This document shows positions 1-11,618 of a DNA stretch of 64,000 nucleotides, piece after piece. The stretch covers positions 1 through 64,000 of the forward strand of contig JAHLWZ010000855.1 in NCBI GenBank assembly GCA_020536535.1, read 5' to 3'. The DNA comes from Pelomyxa schiedti (lineage: Eukaryota; Protista; Evosea). The position numbers were made by a program, and so were the translations under genes. The notes below the pieces were generated by a model, which saw only the letters and a list, made by a program, of their open reading frames with translations, was not told the origin of the DNA and ran no database searches. Within the stretch, counting starts at the first letter, position 1. Every line of letters begins with the position of its first letter.

Positions 1-1796
1 ATTCGGAAATCGATTCACTGAGGATTAAAAACGACTCCCTTCTTCAAACCGCATCCAGTACAAAAGCGGAATTGGAAAATCGTGACAAATTACTCAAAGA
101 TTGCAAAAAGGAACTGGAATTGACTACGCTCGAAAAGAGTGACCTGCAGAAGAAATTGGATCTCTGCAAGAAACAGTCAGAGAAATCTGATGAAGAAAAG
201 GCTCGCATTTTGTCTCTTTGCCAGCAGTTGGAATCCTCTCTGCACGGCGAAATGCAGAACACACTCTCTTTGAAACAGAGACAAGCTATTTCTGATAATT
301 TGCACAACGATGTCATTCACCAAATGGATTCTGAACGGGCTCTTCTGGTTGCTCGTTTGGGGGCCCTGGAATTGAACACTACATTGCTGTCAGACTCTTT
401 GCAGGTCAACACCCTTTTGAAAGATCAGCTAGCTACCTCTACAGCAGAGCTAAAAACCGAGAGAGTCAGAACTGGGGAACTTAAGGCACTTTACGAAGCT
501 GGTGAATTGAGGAATCAACTGTTATTACGTGAACGGGAAAGTCTTGCCACTCAACTTACAGTGTTGAAAAATGAAAATGTAGATAAAGCTTTGCAAGCCA
601 CCCATTTAACCGAGGAATGCAAAATGCTGGCAGAAGCACTCAAACGAAAAGAATGCTTAATTGCACAAATGGATTTGAAACAAGTGTCTGAAAAAAAGGT
701 GCTAGAGGAAGAGAAGCTACAAGCAGGAGAAGCCCTAGCAGTTATGGAGGATCAAGTCAAGACCTTTCAGAAATTAATGAAGAACACAGAAGAAACATAC
801 AAGGAGTCGCTGGAGAAGTTAAACCTTCAGTTACAAGAAGCAGCTACTGAACGAGTCCGCCTGGAGAAAGAGCTGGCAAATGAACAACTTACCTTGCTGA
901 CCTTATCAACTGAGAATGCAAGCCTGGAATCCGACTTGAAGAAAGTGCAAAACCAACTAACTATTCAAACAAACCTGCAGGAAGCTCTTACTTCTACCAT
1001 TTCTCAACTGGAAAAAGAAAAAGAAGGTCTCAAACGGCAGTTGGAGGGAGAACAGTTGAGGCTGCTGGATGTGCAAAATGAGAAGGAAAAATTATCGGCC
1101 TCCTTGGAAGAACAACAAGTTCAGTACAGGAGTGCCATAGAAGAAAGTAAAAATGCCCAAGAAGAGCTTATAGTAGTGAGGGGAGCAAACGTGGAACTGA
1201 GGAATTCTCTTGAACACTCCTACGACAGCCAAAAACAACTGGAATTGCACTTAGAGGAGGCCAATGGAAGGGCAAGTAGACTCCAGGAGGAAAAGGCGGA
1301 GGCATTAAGGCTGGCCGAAACAAAAAGGCACCAGCCAGTACGAAAGAAACCACACGAAGCACGACAAAAGCAGCTCGAATCTCTCTCGGTTCAAATGAGG
1401 TCACTAGAATCAGAAAAGCGGCATGAGAGAGACAAGTCAATTAACCAGGTCACCCTGCTGGAAGCCAAGATAGCTCGGCTGAGCGAGCTGTTGCAGCGAG
1501 AAAGAGCGCTCTCTCATCACCACAGCTGTACCACCACAACCACAACAACAACCACCACCACAACAGCTTCCGGGGCAGCAGCCGTTTTGCAAGAGACCCA
1601 GCCGCTGCTGTCATCCCTAGAAGCGGGGACCCTTCCACCCTTCAAACCATACACTCCACCGGTCCATGCAGCACCACCAAGCACCCGCACCGCCTACACC
1701 CTTAAGCGGGTGTTTGCCTGGGTCCTGCTCCAGCTGCTGCCCTGGTCCCTGTCCCTTGTGTTTCTTCTCCTCTGGCTATTCTGGTGCCACACTTGA
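1..1796 (+). CDS. Long coiled-coil protein with C-terminal transmembrane anchor (golgin/KASH-like tail-anchored protein), 5'-partial
   Basis: Intron-free frame open from the window edge, with >450 aa of heptad-rich E/L/K/Q sequence. A poly-Thr linker leads to a hydrophobic tail LKRVFAWVLLQLLPWSLSLVFLLLWLFWCHT* ending at the stop. Confidence 0.8.
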   Translation, partial: SEIDSLRIKNDSLLQTASSTKAELENRDKLLKDCKKELELTTLEKSDLQKKLDLCKKQSEKSDEEKARILSLCQQLESSLHGEMQNTLSLKQRQAISDNLHNDVIHQMDSERALLVARLGALELNTTLLSDSLQVNTLLKDQLATSTAELKTERVRTGELKALYEAGELRNQLLLRERESLATQLTVLKNENVDKALQATHLTEECKMLAEALKRKECLIAQMDLKQVSEKKVLEEEKLQAGEALAVMEDQVKTFQKLMKNTEETYKESLEKLNLQLQEAATERVRLEKELANEQLTLLTLSTENASLESDLKKVQNQLTIQTNLQEALTSTISQLEKEKEGLKRQLEGEQLRLLDVQNEKEKLSASLEEQQVQYRSAIEESKNAQEELIVVRGANVELRNSLEHSYDSQKQLELHLEEANGRASRLQEEKAEALRLAETKRHQPVRKKPHEARQKQLESLSVQMRSLESEKRHERDKSINQVTLLEAKIARLSELLQRERALSHHHSCTTTTTTTTTTTTASGAAAVLQETQPLLSSLEAGTLPPFKPYTPPVHAAPPSTRTAYTLKRVFAWVLLQLLPWSLSLVFLLLWLFWCHT

Positions 1797-2048
1797 AGCC
1801 AGGACACCCCCCGGCCAGCTCATACCCTCACTTGTCTGTTTCAATAGACCCCCTTATGTAATACAAGCCATGATGTAGTTATACCACCAAGAGAAGAGGA
1901 AAACCCCACCACATTTTTTTTGTTGAGTTTGCTCTTTTTCCCAGTTTTGCTCTTTCCAAAAGAAAACGTGGACCACGACCCGGCGTAACAATTTCCTTGT
2001 TGATCAGTGGACCACGACATCAACACGCGACGACGATCGGCGGGGGGC

Positions 2049-4520
2049 ATGGACTCGTGCAAACAAAGGACGCAGCCGCGGTGCACCCTGGTTGGTCACA
2101 CTGGGTACCCATCCCATAATCCGCCGCGTTGTGCCCGCCCCTTTGTTGGTTGTACAATTCCTTTGCTGTTATATTTGTTGAGGGAGAAGTCGTACCTCGC
2201 CTTGTTTTGCTCTTTTTACTTTGGTTTTTTTTTAATTTTTTTTCTTTTTTTTTTTTTATTTCCAATACAAAGATGGGTGAACTATCTCGCTGTGAGCCCT
2301 ACATTTAAAAGGACACCGACTAATGTTCAGGCTGTTTCGCCCGTGTCAAGTGGCAATTCTACCATTTCAAGTGCTCAGAATGCTTCTTGCTCCTCAGCTG
2401 CAACACCTACTACTACAGCTTCCAGCACAAATTCTACATCGAATACCAATAGCAGTAGCAGCGTGACTGTCAGCGGCGGTGCTGTGAGTGGCGGGGGAGC
2501 ACAAGGGGATACGGAGATAATGATAGCAACAGCAGCTGATGATGGAAATGCTGAACTGTGGCGCGTGTCTCACGACGGCTCCAGGGGAAGCTTGGCCGCT
2601 ACTTTGAAGAATGTTGGATCAGGCTCGGGCGAGGTGAGGTACTGCGCATTTGTTTCGTCACCCTCTCCATTATTGGCACCCACTGGAAGGGAGCTGCCAT
2701 TGCTAGTTGTGACGGACGATTGCGCTGTTTTGTGGGATTGTGCTACTGCTGTTACTCAGGGTGCTACTCCTACTAGCAACGGAAACTCGAATGGAAATTC
2801 AGGGAATGGGCCCACAAGGATGGCATGTGTGTTTGACTTCAATGATGAGAGGAGAGCGCGATTGGTCAACTTGTTTGATGCTGCTCGTGGAGGTGTGTCT
2901 GCAAATGGCGAAGTTGTATTGCTCACCAAAGGTCGTACGCCCATTCTTCTCACCCTCTCGAAAGAAAGTACAGATCCAGTTCCACAATCACCGCAACCAC
3001 AAACGCAACCCCAACCACCACAGCAACAAACTGCAGCGAGACAGTTAGTATACACAGTCTCTCCGCTTCAGCAGGACTCGACCCCAATTGATTGGTGTGC
3101 TGTAAGCCCCGATGGAAGTATTGCAGTTACTGTGTCTCCTCCAATAGATTACTTGAATGTAGTAGCTGCAAGTTCAAGTAGTGGGAATGCAACTGTAGTA
3201 AGCTCCGGTGTGAGCACAAACAGTAGTGTTGCCTCAAGCAGTGTTGCCTCTTCTCGAAATAATGAGCCCACAAATTCCACGGTTGTAACATCCCATGGAT
3301 CGACAACAGGGGGGAGAATACGTCTACACAATCTCCCTTCCAGGAAAATGTTGCAAGAGTTGCATCTTCAACAACGTGCAACGAAATGCACATTTAATTC
3401 TGACGGAACACGTGCGGCATTGTCACACCCCGATGGCACAGTATCTTTGTGGCTTGTTTTGACTGACAAAGGCAAGTCCGCTGTGCCACAACCTCCCGGA
3501 ACAGTAAGCACAACAAACGGTGGGACACAAACCCTCCATCCAGATTGTGTAGTCAAGGTTCACTCTGCCTCTCCTGTGCTGGGATGCTCCTTCTCTCCAG
3601 GAGATGGCTCACTTATTGTAACTGGATCCACAGACAAGACTGCACACGTTTTTGATTCCATAAACGGGGTTGTTGTAACCTGCTTGCAAGGGCATTACGA
3701 TCTTGTTGAGCATGCCGATTTCTCTCCCGATGGCAAAGTAATTGCCACATGCTCCAGGGATGGAACAATAATGCTTTGGAAGTCACCACTCTCCGCGTCT
3801 TGTATGTTTCACATAAACAATCCTTTCTAAGCTCACAATGTTCAGTACCTCCGGTTGAAATAACTCATTTTGTACCATCTCGGGTAAATCCTTGTTGATT
3901 GTCTGGCTTCCCATTCTTCATTCTCAGATTCATTTTAACAGAGCAAGACTATTACCCAAGTCGTACGCGCGTGCGTTAAAGAGCCTGTACCAGCACCAGC
4001 GGTAGAATTCTCATTCCGAGCTCCCCTCCCCACACTCCTAGAGTCGAATAAAATGATGTCTCTGACAATCAGCCTCCAAGCTCCCAAGTAGTTGTCCCCT
4101 CTCTCCCTTTTTGCCACCCCACACACATACATACCCACATACACCCATACACACACACACACACACCATTCACCTCTCTCATACTCCCCTCCCTTTTTGT
4201 CTCCCCCTACATGCAGGTCGCTCCTCTCAGTGCACGTCACATTGAATGGCACCCGCACAAAGAAAGTGGCCTCGGCCGCTCTCTTTGTTGGAGCCCACGC
4301 GGTGCGTGTGGTGTGCTCCGGCGGCGATCCCGGCGAAACCGTTCCGCTGCAAATCCAGTATGAGAACGAGTACGTCGCCGAGGCTGTTTCGCCAGTCACG
4401 TTCAGTGTGGCCGTCAGCGGGTATGCTCTAAACATGGCAAATTTGGGTGGCACGGACAGTGCTGCTATTTTCCCAGGGGCATTTTGCTCCTGCATGACCA
4501 TACAAGAGATCGCTCTGTAA
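2049..4520 (+). CDS. WD40-repeat protein with an extra C-terminal beta-rich domain
   Basis: ATG at 2049. GT-AG introns at 2105-2272, 3802-3845, 3884-3941 and 4088-4216 give one frame. WD motifs include GHTGWVNYLAVSP, GCSFSPGDGSLIVTGSTDKTAHVFD and GHYDLVEHADFSPDGKVIATCSRDGTIMLWK. The product ends ...SCMTIQEIAL*. Confidence 0.85.
4118..4166 (+). repeat. Imperfect (CA)n microsatellite within an intron
   Basis: A cacacacatacatacccacatacacccatacacacacacacacacacc-type tract lies inside intron 4088-4216. Confidence 0.7.
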
Positions 4521-4607
4521 AAAGAAAAAAAAAAAGATAGAGAATTGTTTTCAAAGCTTAGACTCTTGTTTTGGCCCAAACACCAAAGGAAAAAAAGAGT
4601 ATTCGGT

Positions 4608-5882
4608 CTATAATTCCTCTTCTGGCTCTTCATAGTATGTGTTGACAGCTTCTGTGATACTGGCAAGAAGGGACTTTGGTTTGGAGGGATGTATGTCTTG
4701 GCCAAGCTCCCAAATCATTACCTACAGTAGGTGGTGTTGATTGGGAGTAAAGGGATTTTTTGTGGTACCCCAGCAAGATTATTGTCCAAAGCCAGCTGGG
4801 TTTTCTTCTTTATTGTTTCAGGTCCATTGAGGTACACGTCAGAAATCTAGGCTGAATGAGAGAACATTTGTTGCTGTTGTTTGTACCAAATCAGTGCCCT
4901 TTGGGAGACGCTTTGTTGCAAGCATGTCTGTGTATGATGTAGGTTCTCCTGTATATACGTTGCGACCATAAAACGGCAGACCAAGGTGAATTTTGTGGGG
5001 AATCTCTGAACTGGAAGTGATAAAGGCCACAAGGGATTTCGCGAAGTCGAGGGTGGAGTGCATGCAAGGGGGGGAAGACTTAGGGAATAAGCACATATTA
5101 TCATACGCCATGTAGTGTATCTGTTTTTTACTTGGTTGTTGTAAAAGACCATTTATTCAAAGGTTGAAATTACCATGTTGACAGCAGCTTTTGCTTCACT
5201 AGAAAGTGATCGGTCAGCTGCAGGGAATAAAGAAAGGCTGATGATCTTATTTACCAAAACGTTTCTCAAAAGAACAAGAAATTCAGAAAAACTAAGGTCG
5301 GTAAGCAGTTGTAGTACACGAGATAAAACCCACTTTTCCCATTCGTGGTTGTCGTTGGGCATCTCCCAGTTGAAGTCTACACCATCATAGTCCCTTTCAG
5401 TCAATAATTTCCTGATATTCTCAGCAAAAACTTTCCTAAGCTCAGGTGTGCCAACAGCTTCAGCAAAATGGGTTGACCGCTGCGCACCCCCAAGGCATAC
5501 CAGGACTTTCACATTGCCGTTCCTCAGTGGGCTAAGGGAGGATGAGCTAGGCAGTCGTGATGTCATTTCTATGGAACCTGCACTTGTCATATAATAAGAA
5601 GAAGTAAAAATAGCTATAGTACGAACCGGTTGCAGAAGGCTCCACCGAGAACAACACCACGTGAGTAAGGTGCCGCGAAATCGCAGCCCAGTCAATAGAT
5701 CCAAACCTGTACTCTTTTACCCCCAGTTAGCATAATAAGCATGGAGGAAATACCACGACGCGTTGAAAAAAAAAAAATAATAGAAAAAAAAACCACCAAC
5801 CAGGCACATATCCAACGACGTTGAACTGTTCAGAAAAAGACACGATCCCGAGCACGAAGCACACAAGCACGCATATCTTCAT
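4608..5882 (-). CDS. Glycoside hydrolase family 18 (chitinase-like), with signal peptide
   Basis: Signal peptide MKICVLVCFVLGIVSFS, then VVGYVPEYR, KVLVCLGG, catalytic segment YDGVDFNWEMP, MAYD, KIHLGLPFYGR and VMIWELGQD. It ends EPEEEL* at TAG 4608-4610 and has several short introns. Confidence 0.9.
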
Positions 5883-6122
5883 CCGCCCGACCAACCCCCC
5901 GGGAAACCTGTTCGCTATGTGATTTCTCCGAACGTGAACTCCACCGAGGGAATCACTTACACAGGGACTTGCTCTGGAGCCTTCCTTAGCCCTTGAAAAA
6001 ACCCACTACCCGAGCTTTCATCAGATGGCACCTGCAATCTGCAGCACACCTCTCCCCGGGAGGAACCTTTAGCAGAAGCGCAACATGAAAGAGGAAAAAA
6101 AAAACTTGCCGAAGGAGCGAGA

Positions 6123-9100
6123 ATGTCTACAAGCAAGAACGTTGGTTCCTCTCCCTCGTTGTCTGTGATGAATCTACTGAATGCCTTCAGGTAGTATTTT
6201 TGTTCCCTCGCCTTCCTCGTTTTGATGCGCCTTTTTGTGATGGGCCCATTCTGATTCGGTTTCAAGCCAAAACATCAAGGACACTCTAAGTCCGAACGAC
6301 GCAGCGACTGAGTACCCAAGTTCGTCACCTCCGTTTTCCAACACAACACCACTTGGTCCAATTGGTCTTGGAGTAAAAATAGCTCATTCCACTGCATCCA
6401 CGCACTTTCCTTCTCCATCTCATTCCCAATCTCACTCCCAATCTCACTCCCATTCCCAGGCTCAATCGCACTCTCACTCTCACTCTCCCTCCCACACCCA
6501 ATCTCACTCCCATTCTCATTCTCACTCTCATGGGCATTCTCACTCTCACTCACGCACTTCAAGTGGCGAGGCCAGTTCCCCTTCTGTTGCTGCAGTTGCA
6601 CCATCTTCTTCCAGCTCATCTTTGGCCGAAGCTTCTCCTGCTAGAAATGGAAGGAGCCACAGTGTGTCTTCCAGAGGAAGTGCTGTCAGTTCGTACTCTT
6701 CAGAGAGCAGGTCTTCCTCCCCTTCAGGGAGTGACATAACTAGAACTAGCAGCAGCAGTGACGGACATGGCGATAGTGATAGCGAGAGTGAGAGTGACAG
6801 AGCTAGCGATAGTGACAGTGATAGCAGCAAGAGCGGGAGCAGCCATGGGAGTGGCAGTCATGATGGCGGAGATGGCCGCGAGATAAGCTCAAATGCTTCT
6901 TCTGATGTGTCATCGGCATCAAAAAAAGGGGGCAGGCACTCACCTCCTCCTCCTGGCGTACCACCTGCTTCTGCGCCAACTCCAACGCCGACGCCAACAC
7001 CTACTACAACGGCTGCCCTCTCTTCGTCGTGCATATCCACTAGAGCGAGAGAGGGAAGCTTTCCTAGTATAGGTGGCAGGAATAGCATAGCAAGCACAGG
7101 GAGCAGCGGCGGAAATATTATTGGAAGAGGTGTCGGTGATACAAGTGGTGGAATTGCCAATACGAACAGCATGAAAGTATTTCTGAAGTCGATGTCCCCT
7201 GATATTGAACAAGTACGGCAATGTGAGGAATACTTTTCTCGTATTCAATCGTTTGGTGGTGCCCCTGGTGGAGATGCAATAGCTGCCGCTGTTAACAAGC
7301 ATTTGTCCAGCATTCTTGGTATTTTCAAGCATGTAATCCACCTTTAAACATTTTCAAGCTGTACACCAAAGTGGAGAAGAACTTGCTTCTGAACTACAAA
7401 AGCTTGTTTTTCCAGGCTCATTACAATACATGTTAGCAGAAGCTTTGTCCTCATCCCACAAAAAAATGTATGCTGCATGCGAAGAACAAAAAGTACCTTT
7501 TTTTTTTGGCTGGCAAAAAACAAACCTATCTACCCTCTTAGGGCATCCTGAAGTCTCTTATAGGGATGTATGACAAATGTCGAGTTACAGAAGCTCAGCT
7601 TGAAGGCTATCAGGTGCTTTCATTTTCTGAAAAGAAACCGGGATTTTACTCATTATCACAACCTAGAACCAGCAGATGTTGATTAATACAAATTTAGAGC
7701 GATGCAATCATCTACGAGAGAAATTTAAGACAAGTTTCTACTCGAAAGAAGACAATGTCATTGACAGTGCTCTTTACGATGTTCTTCCGAAGTTCTTCTC
7801 TTGCTGTGCACTAATTAACAAAAAAAAAAACAAAGACATCACGCAAACTTCAAGAATGTCAAGAACAGTGTGAAGTACAACTAGAAACCTTGGGAAATGG
7901 TTTGAGCACATTTTGTTCAAAGTTACAACGCTACATGACAGAGGTCCTTATGGGGGTATGTATTTGCACTCTTTTTTGTTCTTTGACTGTTGTCCAATAC
8001 GACTTCAGGTGGTAAAAATGGAAAAATCCTTGCGTAATATAAATGTTGCTACCTTGGACGAAATTGAACCTGCGTATCAAAGACTTCATCAGGTAGAATT
8101 AAATGGTATAAGGCGTGAAACCTTACTACTGAGTCCAGAAATCTGATCCAGTGTCTCTGGAGCATGTATTGAATGACACCGAGTATACTGAGCAATTTTG
8201 TGCCTTCGTTGCTACCACTGGTCGCTGCACTGAGAGCCTAGATTTTTGGATTGATGCAGAGAAGTTTCGAAAAACCTCTGATACAACATCACTCGTGCCC
8301 ATGGTTAGGCAGTTACTCCTCTCTTCTTCACTCTTACCCTTTTTCCCCACTTCGAAGTTTCAAGAAATGCACAAAAAATACATTGATGAGAATGGGCCGG
8401 CTCCTATTTCCATTCCTGACATTGTAAGGTTGATCCCACATTCTATAATGAGCAACTTAAAAAAATCTTCAGACAAGACCTTAATGTAGCTCTAACCCAG
8501 AAGGAAGTTTTTAGTGATTCTCTTTTTACTGCTCAGGAATATGCTTTATCTGTGTGTCACCACCTTTTCCTTTTCCCTCTCATTCCTCTACTTCACCAGG
8601 CATTGAGAGAAAATGTATTCAATGATTTCGCACAACGATTTTTAAGGGAACCTACCACTACAATCGGTATTTCATTTGAAGACTTATGGACTGTTAAGCT
8701 GAGCTATTTAGAAAAACGCTATTCCATGACAAGGAAGACAATTGGATCCATAGAGGACATCCTCCTGAACCCCATTGCTTTAGAATATTTTATGAAATTT
8801 CTACAAGTTCAGGTAATGTGCCTAATATAGTTTTGTTGCTAAGGTGCAAATTAGTCTAAATCTATTGAGAGCAATTCGTTACGATTTTGGCTTGAGGCAG
8901 AGCTAGCCTGTAATATTCGATCGGTAACCGAAGGGACAACTGCACTAAATAAAGATATTTATGAGGTCAAACACCTCCAACAACCTTCAAAGATAACCCC
9001 TTTCAACAGAGCTATTTTCCGGCTGATGCCCCATATTATATTCCTTGGCACACAAAAATACGTGATGAAACCCTAGAAAAAGTACTCTGCCGGGTTCCTG

Positions 9101-9991
9101 CATTCAATATTTTTGCTGTTCCCAAAAATTTGGTACTGAACATGTTAAAGGTACTGCGATTCCTTTTGGCATCAACTGATGTTATATAGAAAACTGCTTT
9201 TCAACAATTCTTAGCAAGTCCGTTGTATCAAGAATACTTAGAACTGATCACTACACAAACACGTCCAAAGAAATCTCCTGCTTACCTGTCTACGAAAAAG
9301 CGGGCAGACTCTCAGGGTATGTTGATCATTACCAATTAACTTATCTAACTTATTACAGGGCCCTTAAAGGAAAATTGCATGGTTAACACACTTCCAACCA
9401 ATAAACACACTAAAGTTATCAGAGAGTCGACATTGTATTCAAAGGAACTATCTATCCTGAAGCATTCAAGAAATTTTTAGTAACTCAAAAGCATCCCGCA
9501 CTGTTGCATTTTGAGTGCTGGAATGAGATTGACAAATATGCAAGGAATCCATCCAAACAACGTGCCCAGGAGGTATGTACTCTTGGATATTAATTTACAA
9601 TAACTGTTGCAAGATTTTTAACAAATTCCTTGTCACGGAGTCAACTATGGCGATTCCGACTTCAATAAAAGCAGTGGTAAATCTCCCGCAATGCCGATTA
9701 TTATATCCCGTTCAAACCCCGCATAGATCGAATCCGAACTGCAAGGGGACAATGAACCGTTGGTAACGGTTTTCGCGTCTCTTCAAGAGAAGAACGTAGA
9801 AGCAATATCAGCTGCATTTGAGAGGTTCCTAAAAACATCCATATTCAAGGTAGTCTCCTCAGTCATTCAATACTCCCTACTAGCAATAGAAACCCTCACC
9901 AAACCTTCAGGATGCCAAAAAAGAGCGGAAAAAGTTGACTGAGCAAGCCAACAAAGAGAGAGCCAATTATATCAGGCTCAGCTTCAGATGA
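6123..9991 (+). CDS. Multi-RGS-domain protein (three RGS-like domains) with Ser/His-rich N-terminus and helical linker
   Basis: The spliced model gives SLEHVLNDTEYTEQFCAFV..ESLDFWIDAEKFR, SIEDILLNPIALEYFMKFL..SLRFWLEAE and EAFKKFLVTQKHPALLHFECWNEIDKY. There are more than a dozen short GT-AG introns. Stop TGA at 9989-9991. Confidence 0.85.
6418..6552 (+). repeat. Coding (His/Gln-Ser)n low-complexity repeat
   Basis: TCTCAC/TCCCAT/TCCCAA hexamer iterations encode SHSQSHSQSHSH... Confidence 0.7.
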
Positions 9992-10201
9992 CCAAACAAC
10001 CTTGTGAATACCTTTTCAGCTGTACAAGAATAACACAATTGCCAATCCGTTTATGTAGAGTAATTAGGTGAAGTTCAATACGGAGTTGATTTGTTTGCAC
10101 CCGATAAATACGATAGAAAGACGATAACCTGATTAAAATTAATTGCCCGTGTCGATCCAACTGGCCCAATTGGTTGCGGTCGAGAAAGAAAGCACACTCT
10201 A

Positions 10202-11618
10202 ATGGCTCTTGCACCAGGCCTTAGGCTCCTGGGGGAGAGAATTCTGACTGAGACTAAGATGGCCACCGGTGTCCCCAAAGTCACGGTCAGTGATTTGTTT
10301 TCATGGGTTGAGGAGGACTACGCACCAAGGTTTTATTTTTGGTGTCAAGAAAGTGCTTGTTTGATTTGCACAAAAACCCCACCCTATGAACAGCAATTTC
10401 GTTTTTTTTTTAATTTGAAATTCGTTAGGTTCATTTCACCAACGCCTACATCACGGCCACCAACGATTTTTCTGCCTGGTGGTGAAAAACGATTCCTCAC
10501 ATTTGAAGGCATTTCAAATCCTAGCTTATGGAATTTGGTGGAAGAACTAAGTCCTCTGCTGTACGACCCATTGACAATAAAGGAACCTGGGATATATGCT
10601 TGGATTCTATATGTTCCCTGTCAGGGGAGTGTTTGTGGGGGCTGCAAAAACACTTCTTCCACTTCATCATCTACTACTAGCAGTACTCTTGATTCAGAGC
10701 CGATTGTGAAACAAGAAAACCCTGGACTTACGTTTTCGTTTGCGGCAACTAAGGTTCATAGTGACCTGTGTGTTGGAACAAAGCACGCTGCTATCTATAA
10801 GCGCCTTATGGACAAAGGGTGTGCTCAGCCTGAATTGTCACCTGTCATTGTTGCCGGTGAGCTGTTGGTGGAATCTAGTGGCGTGAGAAAGTACAACTTT
10901 TCCTCAGGAACATTTATGCTTGGCAGGTATTCTATCAAATAAGTCTCAGCTATCAATACCTGTCACCAAAACCCTTGTTCCACACTTTTGTGTCTTTTCT
11001 GTTCAGTGGGAAATAGGTATGACGACAATGAACCCAGTATTGAGAACGACTATCTAGCTCCTTGGGCTAGTACCACAGTTTTCACTGGTGATTGGACGTT
11101 TGAGCCTGGGTACAGTGAGTGGATGTCAGACTTGCTTCCGAAAATGTCACTCATTGAGCTTATGTGGCTCTCGGATAACGGTGTGGAGCTCCGGTTATAT
11201 GAAGATTTTGATGTTGCCACACTTACTTCACTTTATGACCGCCGCCCCGCCCTCAAGTATTTCCCGCTTACGGGAGCTTTCAATCAACGGAGTTAATCAT
11301 TCCCTTAGGACACTTCATGAATCCGCCATCGTCGCACTCGAGCTTGCAATTGCAGCCAACAAAGACTTGGAATCCCGGATTCTCGCAGTTCAATCCGCTG
11401 CTTCATCACAACATCACCACCACCATCATCAGCACCATCACCAACACCAAGCTACACACGGGGCACATCTGGTCGACACCAACCAGTTGGAAGCGGAACT
11501 CCGTGAAACACAGCAATTACTACAATTGCAGCAACTACAACTGCTACACCACACACCACCCTATGCCACTTTTAGCAGAAGCACCCCCAACTATGTACAA
11601 ACACAACTTCTTGGATAA
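10202..11618 (+). CDS. Hypothetical protein with a possible ADP-ribosyltransferase-like core and C-terminal coiled coil/poly-His
   Basis: ATG at 10202 and three GT-AG introns (first at 10330-10428) join ORFs 10202, 10988 and 11088. Motif string: GIYAWIL...GTKH...VIVAGEL...YNFSSGTF. Confidence 0.7.

Noticed and set aside
3935-4705. 256-aa minus-strand ORF
   Set aside because: It overlaps the WD40 3' exons and the GH18 end, runs through a CA repeat and has no protein-like features.
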